Below are positions 27,932 to 35,936 of a DNA stretch of 64,000 nucleotides, in pieces. How positions within the stretch are numbered: the first letter of the stretch is position 1; each line of letters begins with the position of its first letter. The notes beneath the pieces are model-generated. The model had not been told where the DNA came from. It did no database searches and saw nothing but the letters and a program-made list of their open reading frames with translations. The stretch covers positions 135,674 to 199,673 of the forward strand of contig JAHJTE010000003.1 of assembly GCA_018830005.1 (NCBI GenBank). The letters are read 5' to 3'. The stretch comes from Candidatus Omnitrophota bacterium (GTDB lineage Bacteria; Omnitrophota; Gorgyraeia; JAHJTE01). Position numbers and translations under genes: made by a program.

Positions 27932-29359
27932 ATGGCTGAAGACGATATTTATGGGAACAAAAGGCATTATGAGAATTTTAAGCAAAATATTAGGTATCTT
28001 ACTCTGCCACCTGATGTTTATCTTAAGGTAGTGCTGAGAGATCCAATAATCCCGTTAAGAGGTTCCAGAAGAAAATATTATTGTCTTAACAAGGCGAACC
28101 TCTCTTATTTTTACCAGATGGTTGAGTACTTGGAGGCAAAAGACATGTCTTATATCGCAAGGATGAGAATTCTTCGGGATATCCTGTTCATCTGCCACCA
28201 TGTCCCTAAAAACCTTGAAGAATGCACCAGGGAAGACATAAACAAGCTAATGGCACACGCCCACCGCAGTTATAAAACACCTTCCAGCAAAAACCACTTC
28301 ATCAAACACCTGAGATACATCTGGAAAATCCTATTTCCAGAAAAGGACTCGCACGGCAGAACAGAGGATACTATCACACCTTATCCCGTTAGGCACGTCT
28401 CTCCAAGCATCGATAAAAGCAGACAAAAAATACGCAAGGACAAATTCACAACACAAGAACTCCAAAACATAATCAGCTATTTCGGAAAAGACCCAAGAAT
28501 GCAAGCATACCTGACACTAGCCCTAGAAAGCCTCGGCAGGCCGCAAGAACTGCTTTACCTCCGAATAGGCAACGTCGAGATGCACGACAACTATGCCAAA
28601 ATCTTTCTTTCCGAACACGGCAAAGAAGGAACAGGCATACTTCAATGCATAGACAGCTACCCATACCTCCTTAAATGGCTTAACCAACATCCGCTAAAGA
28701 ACAACCCCCAAGCATTCCTCTTTGTAAACACGGGAACAACCAACACACTCGAACAATTCAAGCCAACAAACATAAACAAAATGCTGGCAAAAGCCGTTAA
28801 GGACCTCCGAATAAACAAGCCAATAACATGCTATAGCCTAAAAAGAAACGGCGTAACCCTAAGAAGGCTTAGAGGAGAAAGCGACATGGAAATACAGCAC
28901 GCCGCCAGATGGACAAGCACGCAAGTCCTGAAAACATACGACCAAAGCAGCCAAAACGAAGCCCTAAAGCTGCAACTCCAAAAAAGAGGCCTGATACCAG
29001 TAGCCACCGACAATAACCCTCTCACAAACAAGAAATGCGCCTTCTGCAACACCGTAGCCGGCAGCACAGACATCACCTGCCCGCAATGCAAGCGCCCACT
29101 AGACAGGAAACACGTAATCGAGGAAACAAAAAAAGACGAGCAAATACAAAACCTAAAAGAAACAGTAAGCCAATTCACCAAGCAAATATCCACCATGAAA
29201 CAAGAAATACTACAAGACCTGGCAAAAGAAATACTACACAATCAGCAAGGCTACAGGCCGGACAACCGGGAAGACACGGGAAACTTTTCATCCAAGAGCT
29301 CCTCAAAAACACCCGTCAGCGACTTACCCTTAGAAACCTCGCGCTTCAAAGCCCTATAA
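27932..29359 (+). CDS. tyrosine recombinase/integrase with C-terminal Zn ribbon (archaeal style)
   Basis: ESLGRPQELLYLRIGNV (R), HGKEG (K), YSLKR, ARW, LKTY (Y); CAFC...CPQC tail. Confidence 0.85.
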   Translation: MAEDDIYGNKRHYENFKQNIRYLTLPPDVYLKVVLRDPIIPLRGSRRKYYCLNKANLSYFYQMVEYLEAKDMSYIARMRILRDILFICHHVPKNLEECTREDINKLMAHAHRSYKTPSSKNHFIKHLRYIWKILFPEKDSHGRTEDTITPYPVRHVSPSIDKSRQKIRKDKFTTQELQNIISYFGKDPRMQAYLTLALESLGRPQELLYLRIGNVEMHDNYAKIFLSEHGKEGTGILQCIDSYPYLLKWLNQHPLKNNPQAFLFVNTGTTNTLEQFKPTNINKMLAKAVKDLRINKPITCYSLKRNGVTLRRLRGESDMEIQHAARWTSTQVLKTYDQSSQNEALKLQLQKRGLIPVATDNNPLTNKKCAFCNTVAGSTDITCPQCKRPLDRKHVIEETKKDEQIQNLKETVSQFTKQISTMKQEILQDLAKEILHNQQGYRPDNREDTGNFSSKSSSKTPVSDLPLETSRFKAL

Positions 29360-29618
29360 TGGCCAGACTTAACACGAAAAGCAACCCACACCTTAGCCAT
29401 AAGGCACACCTCGCTCAGAAACCACATAGTTAGCTCTGGAATAAATCAGGCGAAAGAACAGCAGCCTCTTCTCGCGCGGCAAATAAGATAAGTTTGCCTT
29501 AACAAAATCATCCAAGCTACTAAAGCCTTGGCTGCGCACAATTCCTTCCAAACAATCGTTATTCATCTATCCAGAAGTAGTAACTACTTTTAATATAAGC
29601 TTTGCACTGACAACGCAC

Positions 29619-29765
29619 TTAATCCTTCAGTGCATCTTCTATGAGCTTGACAACGTCAAGCTGGCCCCTGCCGCGCTCAGTAAGCTCGCCCTTACGTTCG
29701 AGTTCCTCACAGTCAGCCTTGACCCGCTCAACCACAGCCATAACTTTTTCTAGCTTCGACTCCAT
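29619..29765 (-). CDS. small hypothetical protein
   Basis: Hand-read MESKLEKVMAVVERVKADCEELERKGELTERGRGQLDVVKLIEDALKD with GAGGTGA SD. Confidence 0.45.
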   Translation of the reverse strand: MESKLEKVMAVVERVKADCEELERKGELTERGRGQLDVVKLIEDALKD

Positions 29766-29933
29766 AGTAAATCACCTCGCGAGAACACCCCTTTTTTTCC
29801 AAAAGAACACAATTAATATCCTGAATAACCACCAAATATATAAGCCTTATGCCCCCAATTTATCCCGCAAGTTCTTCAGCACTGATTCAGTGTAAATCTT
29901 AATTACACGCAGTACCCCTCAAGCATAAAAAAG

Positions 29934-30206
29934 ATGGTAGACTTAAACACATACGCCTGGGTAGTCAGAGGCAAACAACGCACAGCAACACTCAAAACAA
30001 TCACACACCAAATGACACCCAGCCAAATATGCAAAAAGAGCAAGCAATACGACGAAAAAATAAGCCTCAACAACACAAGCGACACACTCCGAAGCCTCGT
30101 CAGACAAGGACTGGCAACATGCTTGAATCCGGAAGCAAAAACAGGAAGGCTATACAAGCTTACAGAAATGGGAGAAGGAATAAAAGAAGAACTAATGAAA
30201 GGATAA
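29934..30206 (+). CDS. winged-HTH transcriptional regulator (archaeal type)
   Basis: WVVRGKQR...MTPSQI...SDTLRSL...GLATCLNPEAKTGRLYKLTEMG. Confidence 0.75.
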   Translation: MVDLNTYAWVVRGKQRTATLKTITHQMTPSQICKKSKQYDEKISLNNTSDTLRSLVRQGLATCLNPEAKTGRLYKLTEMGEGIKEELMKG

Positions 30207-30207
30207 A

Positions 30208-31734
30208 TCAATAGTTCTTGTAGAATGCTTCCGCGGTGAATTTCATGAATTCGTCTTTTTTATCAATACTTCTGCTTATTACTTGCCAAGGTTCCAATCT
30301 GGCTATTTCTGTTTGAAGGTCCTTAGCGGTTTTTGTGTTGCACCCGAGGATTTCTTGGACGGATGATGACGAAACTCCCTCGCATTGAAAAATAAAGGCA
30401 AATTCTAGGAGTTCTTGGAAATTAAAGAATTTTTGTTGGTAGTCGTTTGGTGATTGGCTGGCGAAGAATACGACGACCCCTTTTGATCTGCCTTCTCGGA
30501 TTATTTTTTCAAGGAAGATATTTTTTTGGCCCAGATAATTATGTGCTTCATCAAATACTAGGATCGTTCTTATAGTTCGCCTATTGTTTTCGACGGGGCT
30601 ATCAGGCATGGTTGTCATTTCTTTGTATAGTCTTTCTATTACTAGGTATGCCACTAATTCCTTAAGCACTGGCATTGTGTGGACGTCTATTAGTAATGTT
30701 CGGTCTGTCAGTCTTTCTATTGGTGGAATTTCTGATCCGTGGGACCAGAATAGGTCAAAGTCAGATAGGTCTCTTAACACTTCTATAAGACTGTCATCAC
30801 GTTTTCCTTGTTCTTCATAGGTGATGCGGGCTATTTCGTAGACATCTCTAAAGTCTGGGTATGGTTTATCGGTGTTGGCTCTTCGGGAATAAGCTGCGCG
30901 GATTGTTTCTGTTAAAGCGCCTTTTTGGACTACTCCTAATTTAGAGTTTATGGAAGCAAAACTTTCTGCTTTTTCTCTTGCGGATACATTTATTGTTTGT
31001 TCGTCATATGCCGGCAGAATAAATGGATTTATGGGTAATGTTTGGGCTCCCTGCAGCAAACGATAAAGCTGAACCTTCGAATTGTCTAGGAACTTCTGGT
31101 TGTCTCCAACATCACCCTTATAATCAAAATAAATAAAGTTTGTTTGGAAATTTGACTGTAAACGAATATCTGTAAGAATCTTTAGAAGAAACTGAGTCTT
31201 CCCAACCCCAGGCTTCCCCATAATCGCCAAGTGAGAATTCGCATGAATATTTGTGTTGTTTAACTCTATAACAACATCAGATTTTTGCAATAGCGTCTTT
31301 CCAAGCAGAATTTCGAATCCCTTCCCAAGCATTTCCTTCCTTCCTTTAAACTCGACTTTGGAAACTAATTTCTTTATTAGCAGGTCTGCATTATTTCCGC
31401 ATTCTTCGAATATTCTTTGAAGCTTGATACTGCCATTATCTATATGGTTCTTCACAATTGATTTATTTGAGTAAAAATTTTCGTCGTTTATATCTGCTCG
31501 ATGATATACGGAACTTATTAATGTCTTAAGAAACACCTCATCAGCACCGATAAAGGTTGGTCGTTTAATTTCTGCACCGCTAAAATCTGTGTTTTCAGCG
31601 ACTTTTACTCCATCTTCTGTCAGAGAAAGCATGAACGCTATTCTAGCTAGTATATATTTCTCTAATTTTGTTTCCAGACGTAACGCACTCAATATCTCGT
31701 CTGTATCTCTTGATGTGTATAGTCTATCGGCCAT
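30208..31734 (-). CDS. DndE-like domain fused to HerA/FtsK-like ATPase
   Basis: N-terminal RHH-like LARIAFMLSL...HIDNG (DndE-like); HLAIMGKPGVGKT, VFDEAH, REGRSKG. Confidence 0.75.
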   Translation of the reverse strand: MADRLYTSRDTDEILSALRLETKLEKYILARIAFMLSLTEDGVKVAENTDFSGAEIKRPTFIGADEVFLKTLISSVYHRADINDENFYSNKSIVKNHIDNGSIKLQRIFEECGNNADLLIKKLVSKVEFKGRKEMLGKGFEILLGKTLLQKSDVVIELNNTNIHANSHLAIMGKPGVGKTQFLLKILTDIRLQSNFQTNFIYFDYKGDVGDNQKFLDNSKVQLYRLLQGAQTLPINPFILPAYDEQTINVSAREKAESFASINSKLGVVQKGALTETIRAAYSRRANTDKPYPDFRDVYEIARITYEEQGKRDDSLIEVLRDLSDFDLFWSHGSEIPPIERLTDRTLLIDVHTMPVLKELVAYLVIERLYKEMTTMPDSPVENNRRTIRTILVFDEAHNYLGQKNIFLEKIIREGRSKGVVVFFASQSPNDYQQKFFNFQELLEFAFIFQCEGVSSSSVQEILGCNTKTAKDLQTEIARLEPWQVISRSIDKKDEFMKFTAEAFYKNY

Positions 31735-31736
31735 GC

Positions 31737-33725
31737 TTAGTCCTCCCAGAAATAGCCGGTTCTAACGGTTGTAAGTTCTTGCTTAGAATCGAACTCTAGT
31801 TTTGCTGCTCCTGCAAGATGATTTGAGAGATTTCGATAATAATTCTTGTCTATTTCTGTATCCGTTGAAAGAATAATAACTTGTTCCCCTGCATTTGGGA
31901 AGTAGTTATTGACAATATTATCTCTGTGAGTACTATCTAGCCTTGATAGAGGAGTGTCAATTATGATAGGAAGCTTTAGTTGGCTTGTTTGGGCCAATCC
32001 CCACAGTAACGAAACGGCAAATACTTCTTTTTCTCCTGCAGAAAGTCCTGACTTCCTTATTTCATGGCCATTACGGTCAATAATTCTGATTTCATAGGTT
32101 TTGTCATCTATATTAATGTCTTTTATCAATCCGCCTTTACTGGATAGCAGCTTATACATTTCAAAGGTTTTCTCTTGAAGCAAGTGTACTTTATTTTTCC
32201 TTAGACGAACGACAAACTGGTTCAAAAGATTGGAGATAGCGTCACATTCTGAAATAAAATCTGCCTTGTCCTTTGAAAGGTGGTGTTTTTCATAAAGTTT
32301 CTCGATTTCTATTTCGATATCACGGATGCTATGGTCAATAGTCAATATCTCGTCTTCAATCATTCTAAGCTGCTCTGTTTTTCTCCCGATTTGAATGGAA
32401 CAATTTTCTATCTGGTCCTGAAGCATAGCAAATAATTCCCGTTCTGATTCGCTTGCCCCTTTCCCTCGACAAGAGCCTTCAATTTCTTTTATTTGAATTG
32501 TCAACTCCCTCTTTTCTTCTAAGAGAGGAGCAACCAAGAAGACATCACTTTTTTCTAGAGTTTCCATCTGATTCATCACTTTTGCAGAATCTCTTTCGGA
32601 GAGGCTAAGAACCTTTTCTACATGCGTCGAATCTCCTTCGCTAAGCAGTCGTTCAATGCGTCGTTCTAATTCCTTCATTTTCTCGATTGAAAGTTTTTCG
32701 CGATATATAGGTTCAGGTTCTTCAACTACTCGCACAATTTTCTTGGCAAGCTCTCCTGCGTGTTCACGAATTGCTTCGCCGTGATTAGTGTTGCGCTCTT
32801 TTTCAATTTGGGCCCTTACTTTATCGAAAAGTTTTCCAGCAAGTCCGAATGGCAGCGCTGATTCACATAGATGTTTTATTTCGCTATCTAGTTGGCTTAA
32901 CCTATTTGCTACCTGAATACGCCTTTTTTCATTCTGCCTGATAACATCTTTTGATTCTGGAGTTTCATGAAAGGCTGCTTGAAAACGTTTTTTTGCTTCT
33001 TCCTGTTGTTCAGTGAATTCTACAATTTCAGCCTTAATTTCGCCTTTTTCCGTACACTTTTTTTCTCGTTTGCTTTTTTCCCGTTTCAATTCACTTTGCT
33101 TGAATTCGAGGTCTGCATCAGAAATCTCGATGAAGCCTTTGCGTTCTTCTTGCTTAAGATAGGCCACATCACTTGCAAGCCTATTGATGTATTGGATGCC
33201 TAATGCCGCTTCTAAAGAAGTTTGTAAGCGAACTTCGGAATGGTCATCAGAAGCAATCTCTTGTATTTTTTCTCCATCAAAAAAGAAGAATTGAGTTATT
33301 CCTGGTGGAATCGCGGCACGAATATATTCTTGCCAAATATCTTTATTTTGCACGGTAACGCGTTTCCCGTCTTTTACTACGACGAGCCGTTCCGCTATGT
33401 CTTTTGATTTTGGATCTTCCACTGTCCCGGCTGACCATGTCCTTTTAATGATTAGTTCTGAACCGTCATCTTCTTCTATGGCGAGCTCAAAAGAAACTGC
33501 CGTGTTGTTCTTTGCTTTCTCTTTTCGGTTTATACAACGATATATTTCTTCGTTTTTTGCCCCATATAGGCAATAATTGACAGCCTCCATGATAGCCGTC
33601 TTACCCGACCCATTCATTCCTCCTATTAAAAAAATACTTTTTCCTTCTTCATTGTCTGGAAAAAGAATTTCTGTAGGAAATTGAAACGACTTATAGTTCT
33701 CAATTATTAACTTGCGTAGTTTCAT
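31737..33725 (-). CDS. dndD: DndD-like SMC/ABC ATPase
   Basis: GGMNGSGKT, FFFFDGEKI, long coiled coil, LSAGEKE, IIDTPLSRLDSTHR, QVIILSTDTEI. Confidence 0.85.
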   Translation of the reverse strand: MKLRKLIIENYKSFQFPTEILFPDNEEGKSIFLIGGMNGSGKTAIMEAVNYCLYGAKNEEIYRCINRKEKAKNNTAVSFELAIEEDDGSELIIKRTWSAGTVEDPKSKDIAERLVVVKDGKRVTVQNKDIWQEYIRAAIPPGITQFFFFDGEKIQEIASDDHSEVRLQTSLEAALGIQYINRLASDVAYLKQEERKGFIEISDADLEFKQSELKREKSKREKKCTEKGEIKAEIVEFTEQQEEAKKRFQAAFHETPESKDVIRQNEKRRIQVANRLSQLDSEIKHLCESALPFGLAGKLFDKVRAQIEKERNTNHGEAIREHAGELAKKIVRVVEEPEPIYREKLSIEKMKELERRIERLLSEGDSTHVEKVLSLSERDSAKVMNQMETLEKSDVFLVAPLLEEKRELTIQIKEIEGSCRGKGASESERELFAMLQDQIENCSIQIGRKTEQLRMIEDEILTIDHSIRDIEIEIEKLYEKHHLSKDKADFISECDAISNLLNQFVVRLRKNKVHLLQEKTFEMYKLLSSKGGLIKDINIDDKTYEIRIIDRNGHEIRKSGLSAGEKEVFAVSLLWGLAQTSQLKLPIIIDTPLSRLDSTHRDNIVNNYFPNAGEQVIILSTDTEIDKNYYRNLSNHLAGAAKLEFDSKQELTTVRTGYFWED

Positions 33726-34360
33726 AGATGTTCCTCGCTAAGTTCCCAAATTCCTCGAGGCGAATTGTTCTTTAGTGTGCCATCTTGCGTCATTCGATAT
33801 CGTTCCCAATTAGTGTTATTCTGCCATATGTAATCATTTGTTGCTTTACGCCATTCGAGGTCTCGTGGCAAGAGCTTGCCGTCTAACATTTTTTCAATCT
33901 CTTCTCGGACCTTTCGTCCAGGTGCCGAGCCTCCCAATCTTTTCAAGGCTTTGATAATGAGTTCGCGAAGCACAGCTCCCTCAGTTTTAGGTGCACGTGA
34001 GTGAGTGCGTTTTTTCTTGCCCCTATTGTTTAGCGAATCACTTCCTCCTATGCGCTGCCTCAACTCGTTAACAATATCTTCAAATTCGTCAGCAAGATGA
34101 CCAAATAATTTGTCTGCATTATTGGGGCCGCTTAAGGCCGCTATCAACCTAGACTTTTCTGAACGAAGCGCATCTGGTACAGCTACATTTGCCTTTTCAA
34201 GTCGCTTAATGGTCTTGGTAATCTCCTGTAGTTGCTTCTCACGCTCTCTTATTTCACTTTTTTGCACGCTACTATCAAGATGCTTAATTACTTCTCGGCA
34301 AAGCTTTACGAGCAAAGTATGGTCTTTCAAATAAGGGGTAACATCTGGAGTAACGCTCAT
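33722..34360 (-). CDS. Mrr N-terminal-like winged-helix protein
   Basis: IIKALKRLGGSA...WQNNTNWERYRM...G.L....RGIWELSE. Confidence 0.7.
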   Translation of the reverse strand: MSVTPDVTPYLKDHTLLVKLCREVIKHLDSSVQKSEIREREKQLQEITKTIKRLEKANVAVPDALRSEKSRLIAALSGPNNADKLFGHLADEFEDIVNELRQRIGGSDSLNNRGKKKRTHSRAPKTEGAVLRELIIKALKRLGGSAPGRKVREEIEKMLDGKLLPRDLEWRKATNDYIWQNNTNWERYRMTQDGTLKNNSPRGIWELSEEHL

Positions 34361-34551
34361 TAGCCGGCACCTTCGTTTGTCTCAAAATTGGTCTTCATAA
34401 TCTCACGCAAAGCATCGTAAATCCCTGCTCTGCGATCTTTAAATTCGTGTTCCTGAACGGTCTCAAGGAGCTTGATTACTTTATCAAAATTGACCTCGTG
34501 CTGACGGCAAAGGTCCTGCAAGAGTGTTTTGTCTTCATTTGTTAGATTCAT
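34360..34551 (-). CDS. DNA modification system-associated small protein
   Basis: 63 aa, LLQDLCRQHEV...KLLE..QEHEFKDRRAGI..ALREI; resembles the small protein seen between dndC and dndD. Confidence 0.65.
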   Translation of the reverse strand: MNLTNEDKTLLQDLCRQHEVNFDKVIKLLETVQEHEFKDRRAGIYDALREIMKTNFETNEGAG

Positions 34552-35936
34552 TTCTGCACCGCCTCTTCAATAAGATCCTCAACATGACGCTTGGCTGTTT
34601 CAAGTAGATTTTGAGATTCCCTAAGCGCCTGTTTAGATTGAATAACCAAATCAGCCAACTTATCCCTTTTACTTTTTGATAATAAGGGTATCTTCAATTT
34701 TTTTATAGATCCTAGTTTCCAATGTACAATTAAAGCACCTGAACATTCTCTTTCGATTTGCATGCGGCATGCTTTTGAATTGATTGCTAAAGCTAAATAT
34801 TCAGGAGAAATTGAAGGATCAATTATTGATAATCTAACTATTCCACTCGAAATTATACCATCTAAAAGAGTATCTAAACAGTAGCATACACCTGGTGTTC
34901 CATCCTTCGTCAGAAGCAATTCCCCTACTGCTGGCTTAAAAGCTGCTAGAGATTTAAATAAGCTATCGGAAATATATTTATCGCTGCTACCCGTGATAAT
35001 TCCCATCTCTTTCATGTTGCTTACTCTTGCAAAAAGTTTTCCTGAATCAGTATACTTTCCGCTGCCGACTTCTATACCTTTTGAAAAAGTGGCAATCTTT
35101 GAAAGAGGAATCGTTTGAATAGACGTCAAGTGGCTTTCAATCTGACGAAACGCAATCTGATAATAATCCGCATCTGCTCGATTGTTTCCCACTACCTCCG
35201 ACAGCCTTGCCTCATATGACAGCGGCTTGTCAAAGACAAGCTTGTCCAGCTCCAACTCGCTTTCCAGAAGCTCCTGCGCCTGAGCGTATAGGGATTTGGA
35301 GCTATCTAAAAGGGCAAATGATTTTTGTATTAAACTACCGATTTTATCTTGCAGAGATATAGGAGGGCTTGGTATTAAAATGCGTTCAACCTCACGACAG
35401 TTTAAATTTACCTGTTCAGTTTGGCGGGAATGTCTCCAAAGCTGGTCTCTACCCATTTTGATTTGCAAATAAGCAGTCAAATAATAAGGATTTAAGGAAT
35501 TACTAGTCTTTATAATAGCAACATTTTGATTTGTTACTCTCTTAGGGTCAACAGATCTGATTATTGCAGCACGACCAACAATCTCATGAGTTGCACCTAT
35601 TATTGTTACAACAACACTGTCATCGTTAATATAGTCCTTAGGCGATAAAGCGTACTCTGGAATAAAGTCACAATTATCGTAATCTATACGCCCCTCACGT
35701 AATGTATTGGTCTTAATAAAATGAACAGTGGAGTCATTTTTAGTTATTCTCCGGTTTCGTGGTGTTCTTCCAGTTCGCACTGGTTCAGATATCATTTTAG
35801 AAAGCCGTTTGACATCATACTTTTGTGAAAATGATTTCCAAACTGAATCTTCCCAGAGATAATGGGGTTTATAAAATTCACTATCAATTCTTGTATACTG
35901 AATGTCGGATATTTTTACTTCACTCCAAACAGCCAT
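34548..35936 (-). CDS. restriction-modification specificity subunit (HsdS-like)
   Basis: RIDSEFY and RADADYY repeats; two TRD-like halves joined by helical spacers. Confidence 0.85.
   Translation of the reverse strand: MAVWSEVKISDIQYTRIDSEFYKPHYLWEDSVWKSFSQKYDVKRLSKMISEPVRTGRTPRNRRITKNDSTVHFIKTNTLREGRIDYDNCDFIPEYALSPKDYINDDSVVVTIIGATHEIVGRAAIIRSVDPKRVTNQNVAIIKTSNSLNPYYLTAYLQIKMGRDQLWRHSRQTEQVNLNCREVERILIPSPPISLQDKIGSLIQKSFALLDSSKSLYAQAQELLESELELDKLVFDKPLSYEARLSEVVGNNRADADYYQIAFRQIESHLTSIQTIPLSKIATFSKGIEVGSGKYTDSGKLFARVSNMKEMGIITGSSDKYISDSLFKSLAAFKPAVGELLLTKDGTPGVCYCLDTLLDGIISSGIVRLSIIDPSISPEYLALAINSKACRMQIERECSGALIVHWKLGSIKKLKIPLLSKSKRDKLADLVIQSKQALRESQNLLETAKRHVEDLIEEAVQK

Noticed and set aside
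30208-34551. Complete Dnd phosphorothioation system
   Set aside because: dndC, dndA and dndB are not found in the window.
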